Assembly (NCBI GenBank): GCA_016765095.1
Contig: JAESQQ010000050.1
Span: forward strand, 1-51,960
DNA: 51,960 bases
DNA from: Planctomycetota bacterium
Lineage (GTDB): Bacteria > Planctomycetota > J058
Direction: 5' to 3'
In this document: positions 8,394 through 16,302 of the stretch, in pieces
How positions within the stretch are numbered: position 1 is the stretch's first letter
How the letters are laid out: each line of letters opens with the position of its first letter
Translations under genes and position numbers: made by a program
The notes under the pieces: model-generated
Told to the model about the DNA's origin: nothing
Databases searched by the model: none
Seen by the model: only the letters and a program-made list of their open reading frames with translations

Positions 8394-9176
8394 TCAGCGA
8401 GAGTGATCTCCCACGTCATTGGGAGCGAACAGCTCTCGGAGGAGGCCAGTTCGAATCTCTGTGTCCAGGTCCCGACAGGTTTGCAGAAGGGCTGACGGGT
8501 CGAGGCGATCACCGCTGGAGGCCATCCAATGGATCGCAGCGGTGACTTCTCCCCAGTGCTCGGAGATTCGCTCGGTTCGAATGGTGTCGGGAGCACCCGG
8601 GAGCTGAGGAATGCGACGGCGCTTCTCGGGGGCCCGGAGGGGTTCGTCATGCCGAGCGCCGAGGAAGGCCACGACCGCCGAGGTCCTAGCCAGGTGGCGC
8701 ACGGGCCGTCGGTTCTCGTAAGGCTTGCCCAGCGCCCAGGCGGCGCGGGCCGCAGAGAGGCAGCAGAGTGCGTTGGCCGCGCTGGGGTCGGCAAACCACT
8801 CCCCCGACACGACTTGGCAGCGCCGATAGACCTCCAGTTCCTCCCCGTGCAGCTGCTCGGGCTCCATTTCGCGAGCTACCTCAGCCCACCAGTCCAGGAC
8901 CCGCCTCTGCGCTGCGCGCATGATCCTAAACCCGTCCCTCCAGGGAGTTGCCCAGCGACCAGGCTGGTGAGGGCCGGCGAACAGGTCTGGCTCGGGACCG
9001 GGCTTGCGTCCGGTCGCGATCGTCGCTGCAGTGTGTCCCAATCGGGCGGCGAAGTAGAGATCCGACTTGAGGAGGTCGCCGCTCCGCGCCCGCTCGCGCA
9101 GCCAGGCTGCTTCGTCGTCAAGAGACGCGGTGTCTCTCCAGCGTCGCTCGAGCTCTCTGAGGCGTGAATCACCCAC
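8394..9176 (-). CDS. Hypothetical protein (founding copy of a local paralogue family)
   Basis: 260-aa uninterrupted ORF. The N-terminal module LRELERRWRDT..AAWLRERARSGDLLKSDLYFAARLGHTAATIATG resembles the N-terminus of the 42735-44099 protein. The central and C-terminal part is homologous to the 2340-2823 pseudogene. Confidence 0.65.
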   Translation of the reverse strand: MGDSRLRELERRWRDTASLDDEAAWLRERARSGDLLKSDLYFAARLGHTAATIATGRKPGPEPDLFAGPHQPGRWATPWRDGFRIMRAAQRRVLDWWAEVAREMEPEQLHGEELEVYRRCQVVSGEWFADPSAANALCCLSAARAAWALGKPYENRRPVRHLARTSAVVAFLGARHDEPLRAPEKRRRIPQLPGAPDTIRTERISEHWGEVTAAIHWMASSGDRLDPSALLQTCRDLDTEIRTGLLRELFAPNDVGDHSR

Positions 9177-9295
9177 GCGGGTCTCCTGAGGCCTCGATCC
9201 GATCCGGTTCCAGCCCCAGGAGAGAGAACCGCCTGGGGCGACGAAGTTCGCCGACTTGGATCACGTGCCCGAGCTCGCAGCGGCTAGGTTCGTCG

Positions 9296-9973
9296 CTAGC
9301 CCTTCGCCGCTGCGGGGTCGCGCCAGGTTCGACAGTAGTGGTGGAGATCGACGCCGCTCACACGCACTGACTCGGGCTCGAACCCCGCTCGCTCCTCTGC
9401 GCTCAGCGCTTGGTGGAAGCCCTCGGTGATTCGGACCTCGTTCGCGCTCGCGGTGTCTTCCCCGAGCTTGGACGCGAAGTTCATTTCGTCGCCGAACATG
9501 CCCTCGTGTCCGGCGTCGAGGAGATCGCCGTAGCCGAGGCCAATGCTCACGCTGAGGTGCTCCTCTGGGTCGGCCAGGGTCCTGACTTGGATCGCGGCAG
9601 CGGCCGCCAAGGCTTCGGCTGCCGTGGCGAACACCGCGTAGCAGTTGTCTGCTTCACAGCGGAACTGCGACCCGCCGCCCTCGTCGACAGCCGCGCGCAC
9701 GAGCCGGCGCATTCGGACCACGAGCCTGAGGAAATGGAGAATGCCCTTCGCCTTGCAGATTCGCGTGAACCCCGACGAGTCGACGACCATTACAGCCTTG
9801 CGGACCCCGAATTCGCGCTCGATCTCTTCGTCGCTTGCAGATTCGATCTGCTTGAACAAGTCGCTCAAGAGACCCTCTCTTTGGGTGATCGACGGGGACC
9901 GTCTGGGGGAGGCACGAAACTCACGCCCCCAAGGGTAGCCGACGAGCGGGGTCAGCGACCCTGAGCGGCTCAT
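9296..9973 (-). CDS. Adenylate/guanylate cyclase (class III) catalytic-domain protein
   Basis: KAVMVVDSSGFTRI (metal-binding D..GFT), RCEADNCYAVFATAAEALAAAAAI, GLGYGDLL, GDEMNFASKLGE are typical class III cyclase blocks. The exact start is uncertain. Confidence 0.7.
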   Translation of the reverse strand: MSRSGSLTPLVGYPWGREFRASPRRSPSITQREGLLSDLFKQIESASDEEIEREFGVRKAVMVVDSSGFTRICKAKGILHFLRLVVRMRRLVRAAVDEGGGSQFRCEADNCYAVFATAAEALAAAAAIQVRTLADPEEHLSVSIGLGYGDLLDAGHEGMFGDEMNFASKLGEDTASANEVRITEGFHQALSAEERAGFEPESVRVSGVDLHHYCRTWRDPAAAKG

Positions 9974-10001
9974 CCGCTATCCTGAGCCCCCTACAGGAGA
10001 A

Positions 10002-10427
10002 GTGGCCATGGGCTGTTTGAATTCGATCGTGGTCCCCGCCGACGTCTCTGCGGTGTGGGCCAAGCTGAGTGACTTCCACGACCTCTCGTGGGCGCTCGGA
10101 GTCGCCGAGTCGTGCGAGAAAGTCGGCGACACGCCCGGCAGCGAGCGCGGCGCGAAGCGGATCGTGAACGGCGCGATGCACGAGACGCTCCTTGGCATAG
10201 ACAACGAGAAGCGCGCCTTCCGCTACAGCATTGACAGCGCGCCCGGGACGCCCATTGACTCGACGACTGGCTACGTGGGCGTGGTCCGCGTGTTCCCCGT
10301 CACGACGACGGGCGAGACCTTCGTGATCTGGACCTCGAGTTGGGCCAGCGGCGGGGAGGGTGTGGAGGAGTTTTGCACGCCGATCTATCAGGGCCTCCTC
10401 GAAGCCCTCGTCAAGAGCTTCGCCTAG
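10002..10427 (+). CDS. SRPBCC (Bet v1/polyketide cyclase-like) family protein
   Basis: 141 aa. VPADVSAVWAKLSDFHDLSWA ... RAFRYSI ... GYVGVVRVFPV pattern is typical of SRPBCC ligand-binding proteins. Confidence 0.7.
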   Translation: MAMGCLNSIVVPADVSAVWAKLSDFHDLSWALGVAESCEKVGDTPGSERGAKRIVNGAMHETLLGIDNEKRAFRYSIDSAPGTPIDSTTGYVGVVRVFPVTTTGETFVIWTSSWASGGEGVEEFCTPIYQGLLEALVKSFA

Positions 10428-10466
10428 CCGTCCTTGAGGCCGTCTTGGGCCGAGGAGGGCCAAGAA

Positions 10467-11099
10467 ATGCTTGTCGTGCATGTGGAGCAGGGAGACGTTC
10501 TAGACGCCGAGGTCGAGCTCCTCGTCAGTACCGGGAACGTCCACCTCAACCTCTCCGGCGGTGTCAACGGTGGGATCCTCGAGCGCGGAGGAGCCTCTGT
10601 TCAGGCGGAGCTCCGGTCCTACCTTTCCGAGGCGGGGCTGACTTTCGTTGAGCCTGGGACAGTGGTCGAGACGGGGCCCGGGCCCTTGAGCGTCCGAGTG
10701 ATCCTGCATGCGGTCGCAATCAATGGCTTCTATGAGTCTTCCCGAGAGCTCGTCGCGACCACGATTCGGCGCGCCCTCGAGCGAGCCGAGGAGCTCGAGG
10801 TGCAAACTGTCGCCCTGCCGGCTCTGGCGACGGGATACGGACCGCTGAGCGTCGAGACCTTCGCGCTGGCCCTAGGAGACGCCCTGGAAAGGCCTCTCAC
10901 TCGCCTCGAGGTGCTGCGCATCGTCTTGCGGACTTCGAAGCAGGTCGCCGAAGTCCGCGAGGTGCTCGCGGGCAGGGTCGGGGGTTTCGGCTCGCTGAGC
11001 GAACGGACTAGTCCGTCTTGGGACGCGTCAGGCGGCGGAACTGAAGTTCACTCAGGATCGCGATCTTGCGCCCTTCCTTGCGCAGCGCCTCGACCTTGA
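10467..11099 (+). CDS. Macro-domain (ADP-ribose-binding/hydrolase-like) protein
   Basis: MLVVHVEQGDVLDAEVELLVSTGN...SGGVNGGILERGG...HAVA...VALPALATGYG match macro-domain blocks. Start taken at ATG 10467. The 3' tail overlaps a convergent BRCT-like remnant. Confidence 0.75.
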   Translation: MLVVHVEQGDVLDAEVELLVSTGNVHLNLSGGVNGGILERGGASVQAELRSYLSEAGLTFVEPGTVVETGPGPLSVRVILHAVAINGFYESSRELVATTIRRALERAEELEVQTVALPALATGYGPLSVETFALALGDALERPLTRLEVLRIVLRTSKQVAEVREVLAGRVGGFGSLSERTSPSWDASGGGTEVHSGSRSCALPCAAPRP

Positions 11100-11251
11100 G
11101 CCGCTTCGTCCCCTTGTGACAACTCTTGCAGCGTGGGCTGCGAGCCCCTTGGACGACGACGTCAACGTCTTTCGTGACGCTGGCCGCCCGATTGACGGAC
11201 GAGGACCTCGGCGTCGAAGCGACGGATCGAGAGCGGCCCGGTGAAGAGCAC
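11008..11251 (-). pseudogene. BRCT-domain-like small ORF split by a frameshift
   Basis: Minus-strand translation gives (V)LFTGPLSIRRFDAEVLVRQSGG in one frame and ASVTKDVDVVVQGARSP..GTKRLKVEALRKEGRKIAILSELQF in the next. Together this is the BRCT pattern fTG.l...R.e....i...GG.v..sVtk.vd.vv.G...g.K..kA......i..e.ef. The frame change is near 11176-11190. No ATG start found. Confidence 0.3.
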
Positions 11252-11329
11252 TGTCCGCTCGCGGCGATCGCGAGTTCGAGGGCTCAGTATGCCAGGCGCG
11301 CTCGGAACTTCTGGCGAGGGCTCCCGACC

Positions 11330-11887
11330 TCAGGAGGCGAAGCCGGCCTCGATCTCGGCCTGCGTGAAGCGCGGCGTAATGTGTTGGGGGCAGTTCCAGT
11401 CGAAGCCCTTGATCGTCATGACCACGGCCCGTTGGACCCGGGCTCGGTAGGTCGGGTCCTCAAGCGCCTCGATCAAGTCGGGCCGCTCTTCGGCCGAGTA
11501 GATCTTGGCCTCGGCCAGGATCTTGAGTCGCTGGCGACGCGGGTAGTCGAGCAGGATCAGCGAGACCCTCCCGTCGTGGCTCAGGTTTCCCGTGCTGATC
11601 AGTTGCTGGTTTCCGCGGAAGTCGGCGTAGCCGATCGTCTGCGAGTCGAGCACGCGCAGGAACCCGGCCGGACCGCCTCGGAACTGCACGTAGGGCCAGC
11701 CCTGGTCGTTGACGGTCGCCATGTAAAACGAGTCGCGGGCGGCGATGAAGGCGCGCTCGCTCTCGCCCAGGTGCAAGTCGTCGAACTCGAAGGACTCCAA
11801 CTTGGCGGCCTTGGCGCGGGTTCCGTAGGCCTCTTGAGCTGCCTTGACCGAGTCGGTGTAGGTCAGCCGGGTGAATTCGCGGGGCAT
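11330..11887 (-). CDS. Pyridoxamine 5'-phosphate oxidase-family (FMN-binding split-barrel) protein
   Basis: FIAARDSFYMATVNDQGWPYVQFRGGPAGFLRVLD...ADFRGNQQLISTGNL...RVSLILLDY is typical of PNPOx-like proteins. Confidence 0.8.
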   Translation of the reverse strand: MPREFTRLTYTDSVKAAQEAYGTRAKAAKLESFEFDDLHLGESERAFIAARDSFYMATVNDQGWPYVQFRGGPAGFLRVLDSQTIGYADFRGNQQLISTGNLSHDGRVSLILLDYPRRQRLKILAEAKIYSAEERPDLIEALEDPTYRARVQRAVVMTIKGFDWNCPQHITPRFTQAEIEAGFAS

Positions 11888-11964
11888 GATTGACTCCAGT
11901 CAAGGGAGGCCCGGCGCCGACCCCGGGGGGGGGAGGTCGACGCCAGTCCTCAAGGGGGTGGGTG

Positions 11965-12516
11965 CTAGGCGGCGCTCTTGGTCAGGAGCGCGACTCGCGG
12001 AAAGTCGATGTCGATCTGGCCGACTTTGCCGAGGAAGTTGGTCAGGCTGTTGAGCGCGACGTGGGAGATGATCTCGACGATTTCTCCGTCGTCGTAGCCG
12101 GCGGCCCGAACTGCGTTCAGCTCAGCGGTCGAAACGTCACCGCTCCGCTCGAGGACGGTCTGGGCGAACTCGAGCGCCGCGCGCGCTTTCGCGTCCTCAG
12201 ACGACGCAAGACGCGCAGCAGAGATCTCATGAGCGCTCAGGCCAGCCTTCTTGCCGAGGGCTGTGTGCGCCGAGACGCAGTACTCGCAGCCGTTCGCCTC
12301 GGCCGTGCTCAGCGCGATTCGCTCGCGGGTCTTTGGATCGAGGCTCCCCCGGGAGAGGTTCGCGTTTAGGCCGAGGAAGGCCGCCAAGGCGGGCGGAGAG
12401 TTGGCGAGGACTCGCATGAAGTTGGGGACGCTCCCGACTTGGCGTTGGACCTGCGCGAGCAGGGCCTCGGCTTCGCCTTGCGCTCTGGTGGGGTCGACTT
12501 GATTGAGGCGGGACAT
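11965..12516 (-). CDS. Carboxymuconolactone decarboxylase/AhpD-like alkylhydroperoxidase family protein
   Basis: AhpD-core motif EANGCEYCVSAHTALG. 183 aa. AAGGAG lies upstream of ATG 12516. Confidence 0.85.
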   Translation of the reverse strand: MSRLNQVDPTRAQGEAEALLAQVQRQVGSVPNFMRVLANSPPALAAFLGLNANLSRGSLDPKTRERIALSTAEANGCEYCVSAHTALGKKAGLSAHEISAARLASSEDAKARAALEFAQTVLERSGDVSTAELNAVRAAGYDDGEIVEIISHVALNSLTNFLGKVGQIDIDFPRVALLTKSAA

Positions 12517-12550
12517 GGCAATCTCCTTTGTTGGTGAGGTGCTTAGCCCT

Positions 12551-12567
12551 ATGCAGCCCGCGTGCCC
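12551..12567 (-). promoter_or_regulatory. Candidate sigma-54 (-24/-12) promoter of the AhpD-like/PNPOx operon
   Basis: The minus strand reads GGGCACGCGGGCTGCAT, i.e. GGCAC-N5-cTGCa with canonical GG/GC spacing (consensus TGGCAC-N5-TTGCW). It lies ~37 nt upstream of ATG 12516. A sigma-54 activator is encoded divergently. Confidence 0.55.
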
Positions 12568-12640
12568 GTGCTTGAGGCACGACGTAAGCCAATGCGCAGC
12601 AGTGCCTTAGCCTAACGACGCTGCTCGTTGGATCGCACGA

Positions 12641-12655
12641 GTTGTTGGAAACAAC
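12641..12655. promoter_or_regulatory. Inverted repeat GTTGTT-GGA-AACAAC, candidate activator binding site
   Basis: 6-bp arms with a 3-bp spacer, ~85 bp upstream of the putative -12 element in the divergent intergenic region. No second copy seen. Confidence 0.25.
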
Positions 12656-12682
12656 GAACAAATTGTCTAGAGTCACGAATCC

Positions 12683-14260
12683 ATGGACCTGACTACCCTT
12701 CATCAGATCGCGCTCGCGGTCGCGCAAGTTCACCCCACCAAGGAGGTCCTCGACACCATCGTCTCGCGCTTGGCTGATCAGCCGGGGGTGGCGCTGGCGC
12801 GGATCTGGCTCATGGGGCCAGGCGATCTCTGCGCGACGTGTCCTCTGAGATCGAGTTGCCCGGACCAAACGCGTTGCCTGCACCTTGAGTCGAGCGCCGG
12901 CAGCTCGCAGGTCGACGGCGCCGACTACTCGGGGATCGAGGGGCGCTTCTCACGGATTCCGATCGGGTGGCGGAAAGTCGGACGGATCGGATCCACAGGC
13001 CAGGCGGAGCGACTCTGCCTAAACGAGGGGCGCGAGTGGGTGGCGGACCCCGAGTGGGCCGACGCCGAGGGGATCCAGACTTTCGCGGGTCAGCCGCTGA
13101 TGTTTCGGGGCGAGATCCTCGGCGTGCTTGGGCTCTTTTATCGAGCCGTGATCGACGTCGAGCAAGTCGGCTGGCTGCGAACGTTCGCGGACCAGGCCGC
13201 AGTCTCGCTCGCCAACGCGTGGGCGTTTGAGGAAGTCGATTGCCTCCGCAAGCAGCTCGAACTCGAGCGCGACTACCTCCGCGAAGAAGTCACCGCGCGC
13301 TCGCTGGGCGGGATCGTGGGCGAGAGCCTGGCGATCAAGAAAGTCCTTCGCCAGATTGAGGTCGTGTCACCGAGTGACGCGTCGGTCCTCGTCCAAGGCG
13401 AGAGCGGGACGGGCAAGGAGCTCGTCGCCCAGGCGATTCACGAGAACAGCACACGTCGGAAGGGCTCGCTGGTCCGGGTCAACTGCGCTTCGATCCCGCG
13501 CGAGCTCTTCGAGAGCGAGTTCTTTGGTCACGCTCAGGGCTCGTTCACGGGCGCCTCTCGCGACCGGGCGGGCCGGTTCCAAGTCGCCGACGGCGGGACG
13601 CTGTTCCTCGACGAGGTCGGCGAGATCCCGCTCGAGCTGCAAGGGAAACTGCTCCGCGTGCTCCAAGAGGGCGAGTACTCACGTGTCGGCGAGGACACCA
13701 CGCACCGCGTCGACGTGCGGATCGTGGCCGCGACCAACCGCGATCTCGAGGCCGACGCGCGGGCGGGGAGGTTTCGAGAAGACCTCTACTACAGGCTCTC
13801 GGTTTTTCCGATCCGGGTGCCGCCACTTCGGGAGCGGCGCGAGGACATAGCGGCTCTGGCGGCTCACTTCGTCAAGGTCTCGGGCGAGCGGCTCGGGATC
13901 CCCAACGCGCAGCTTCGCCGCGTAGACGCGCGCGCGCTGAGCGCCTACGACTGGCCCGGCAACGTCCGCGAACTACAGAACGTGATCGAGCGCGCGCTGA
14001 TCCTCTCCCAAGGCGGCAAGCGGCTGCGCTTTGAGTTGCCCGCGCAGACCTCGAGCGCGGGGGCGCCGACGGCGCCGCCTCCGGGCGAGATCCTGACGGA
14101 CGCGGAGATCCAAGCCTTCGCGCGGGCCAACTTGCTGACCGCCTTGGAGCGAGTGAACTGGAAAGTCTCGGGGGAGGGGGGGGCCGCCGAGCTCCTCGAC
14201 TTGAACCCCAACACCCTCGCCTCGCGAATGCGCTCGCTCAAGATCAAGCGCCCCCGCTAG
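12683..14260 (+). CDS. Sigma-54-dependent transcriptional activator (GAF sensor + AAA+ + Fis-type HTH)
   Basis: N-terminal GAF-like region. Walker A GESGTGKE, sigma-54 contact loop GSFTGA, Walker [20 protein letters not shown]-terminal [24 protein letters not shown]. Confidence 0.92.
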   Translation: MDLTTLHQIALAVAQVHPTKEVLDTIVSRLADQPGVALARIWLMGPGDLCATCPLRSSCPDQTRCLHLESSAGSSQVDGADYSGIEGRFSRIPIGWRKVGRIGSTGQAERLCLNEGREWVADPEWADAEGIQTFAGQPLMFRGEILGVLGLFYRAVIDVEQVGWLRTFADQAAVSLANAWAFEEVDCLRKQLELERDYLREEVTARSLGGIVGESLAIKKVLRQIEVVSPSDASVLVQGESGTGKELVAQAIHENSTRRKGSLVRVNCASIPRELFESEFFGHAQGSFTGASRDRAGRFQVADGGTLFLDEVGEIPLELQGKLLRVLQEGEYSRVGEDTTHRVDVRIVAATNRDLEADARAGRFREDLYYRLSVFPIRVPPLRERREDIAALAAHFVKVSGERLGIPNAQLRRVDARALSAYDWPGNVRELQNVIERALILSQGGKRLRFELPAQTSSAGAPTAPPPGEILTDAEIQAFARANLLTALERVNWKVSGEGGAAELLDLNPNTLASRMRSLKIKRPR

Positions 14261-14359
14261 GGCCGGGTCCTCAGACGAGGACGCGGGCCTGGAGAGCCTC
14301 CCAGAACACGCGGCGGACCTCCGACCCTCCGCGCTCGTTCGGCTCGATTCCGAGCTTGA

Positions 14360-14605
14360 GCCAGGGAGTCGGGTCCTCAGGGGCGTAGCTGCCTGCCCTG
14401 GGTGGTGTTCACGTCCATGACGAACCCGACCGCGGGCCCCGAGGACTGCGTCCCTCGAGTCACCTGGGGGCGGTTTGCTCGCCAGGAGGGCCGCTGGCAG
14501 ATTCCAGTCGCGGTCCAAGTCCACCACGCCCTCGTCGACGGGCGTCACTTGGGCCTCTTTTATCAGGGCGTCGCGACGCGCTTGGCGGAGCTCCCGCTTC
14601 CCTGA
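14360..14605 (+). pseudogene. C-terminal remnant of a chloramphenicol acetyltransferase (CAT, type A)-like gene
   Basis: CLPWVVFTSMTNP...VPRVTWGRFARQEGRWQIPVAVQVHHALVDGRHLG matches the CAT C-terminus (PWVSFTSF...PVFTMGKYY..G....MPLAIQVHHAVCDGFH). Only ~80 codons are present. There is an in-frame stop at 14357-14359 and only ~100 nt separate it from the upstream gene. Confidence 0.7.
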
Positions 14606-14636
14606 GTCCGTTGCCATTTTCAGGTGACTGGGGCGG

Positions 14637-15914
14637 ATGTCTGCGAAACAGGGTCAACTACTCGCTAGGACCGAGTCGGGCTCGAGAGGACGCGCAGTGG
14701 ACGTGCTGGTGATTCAGCCGGGATTCCCGGCCGAGATTCCCTATTTCGTTCAGGGCCTCGCCAAGAGCGGAGTCCGAGTGCTCGGCGTCGGCGATCAGCC
14801 TGCAGGCCTCCTCCCGAGTGCCGCTCGCGAGAGCCTCGCGGCGTATCTCCACGTGCCAAACCTCTGGGACGCCCGCAAGTTGATCCATGCGCTTCGCTCT
14901 TGGGACGTCCCTGTCAAGCTCGATCGCGTCGAGTGCCTCTGGGAGGCGGCTATGGAGCTCGCGGCCGAAGTCCGGGCTGCGTTCCGGCTGCCCGGGCTCT
15001 CTCCGGCCCAGACCCAGCTCTTCCGCGACAAGGACCTCATGCGCTGCGCGCTCGACGAGGCCGGGATTCGGAATCCGCGCCACGCCAAGGCCGAGACTGA
15101 GAGTCAGATCCTCGAGGCGGCCCAGCACACCGGGTTTCCCCTGATCGTGAAGCCGATCGCAGGCGCGGGCTCACTGCACACGTATCGCGTCGACTCCCTC
15201 GAGGAGCTGCGCGAGCTGCTGCCGAGCCTGCGTGGGATCGAGGCGGTCGTCGTCGAGGAGTTCATTCGGGGGACCGAATACACCTTTGACACGGTGTGTG
15301 CGCAGGGTCAGATCCTGTTCCACAACGTCGAACTCTACCGGCCCGACATGTTGACGGCGCGTTCGATCGAGTCGGTTTGCCCCCAGACGATTTCGCTTAG
15401 AGATTTGAGCGCGAGCCACTTCCAGCGCGCCAAGGCCATGAGCCAGGGCGTGATCGAGGCGCTCGGCTACCCGACTGGGTTCACACACATGGAGTGGTTC
15501 CACACGCCCGAGGACGAGGTTGTGTTTGGGGAGATCGCCGCCCGCCCGCCGGGCGGCAACTCGGGCGAGCTCATGAATCGGACCTGCGACTTCGACGTGT
15601 ATCGCGCTTGGGGCGAGGCCCTCCTCCACGGTCGAATCCGGCAGCCGATCGAGCGGAAGTACAACGTGGCCATGATCTTCAAGCGAGCCCGCGGCCAGGG
15701 CCGGATCCGAGCGATCACAGGCCTCCGCGAGACCGAGGCTCGCCTGGGCGGGGCCCTGGTCCGCCACGAGCTGCTGATGCCCGGCTCGCGCCGCCGGAAT
15801 TGGAGGCAAACCCTTCTGTCAGACGGGTTTGTGATGCTTCGCCATCCCGATCTTGAGACCACCTTGCGCCTAACTGACGTCGTCGTCGAGCGGCTTCAGC
15901 TTCACGCTGGCTAG
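14637..15914 (+). CDS. ATP-grasp domain enzyme
   Basis: FPLIVKPIAGAGSLHTYRV, VVEEFIRGTEYTFD, HMEWF...FGEIAARPPG blocks are typical of the ATP-grasp fold. GTG 14698 is an alternative start. Confidence 0.8.
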   Translation: MSAKQGQLLARTESGSRGRAVDVLVIQPGFPAEIPYFVQGLAKSGVRVLGVGDQPAGLLPSAARESLAAYLHVPNLWDARKLIHALRSWDVPVKLDRVECLWEAAMELAAEVRAAFRLPGLSPAQTQLFRDKDLMRCALDEAGIRNPRHAKAETESQILEAAQHTGFPLIVKPIAGAGSLHTYRVDSLEELRELLPSLRGIEAVVVEEFIRGTEYTFDTVCAQGQILFHNVELYRPDMLTARSIESVCPQTISLRDLSASHFQRAKAMSQGVIEALGYPTGFTHMEWFHTPEDEVVFGEIAARPPGGNSGELMNRTCDFDVYRAWGEALLHGRIRQPIERKYNVAMIFKRARGQGRIRAITGLRETEARLGGALVRHELLMPGSRRRNWRQTLLSDGFVMLRHPDLETTLRLTDVVVERLQLHAG

Positions 15915-16050
15915 CCTCGCCAAACGGCGGCTCCCTGGCCTCCGTAAGGTCCGAGTCAAAGTCTCGGGGGGGTGGGTTTGAAGCTCTCCACCAACGAGCG
16001 TCGACGAAATCCCGCCGCTATCATGCCGCGGAGGACGTAAGGAGGTGTCT

Positions 16051-16302
16051 ATGAAGCTCAGATGCACGGCTGTAGCCCTAGGACTCATGTTGAGTCTGGG
16101 CGGACCAGCCTTCGCGAAAGTCGAGTCCCTAGACGGGGTCAACCTTGGCGAACATTGGTATGGACCCAAGCGCACGGAGGCCGATCTCAAAGGCCGCGTG
16201 GTCATGATCGAAGAATGGGGCTTTAACTGAGGCCCGTGCCGCACTGCGGTCCCGAGCCTGGTCAAGGTTCAAGCGAAATACGAGAAGCAAGGCTTCGTCC
16301 TC
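16051..16302 (+). pseudogene. TlpA/ResA-like periplasmic thioredoxin-fold gene with TGA at the first CxxC position, 3'-truncated by IS66
   Basis: AAGGAGG precedes ATG 16051. Signal peptide MKLRCTAVALGLMLSLGGPAFA. LKGRVVMIEEWGFN-TGA(16228-16230)-GPCRTAVPSLVKVQAKYEKQGFVL fits the ..W.CGPC.. thioredoxin motif. The frame is cut by the IS66 inverted repeat at 16303. Confidence 0.75.

Noticed and set aside
9296-11099. Cyclase + SRPBCC + macro-domain cluster as a nucleotide-signalling defence module (CBASS/Thoeris-like)
   Set aside because: The genes are on different strands with separate starts. No CD-NTase, TIR, SIR2 or effector domain is present. The region has flank-like GC and no mobile-element association.
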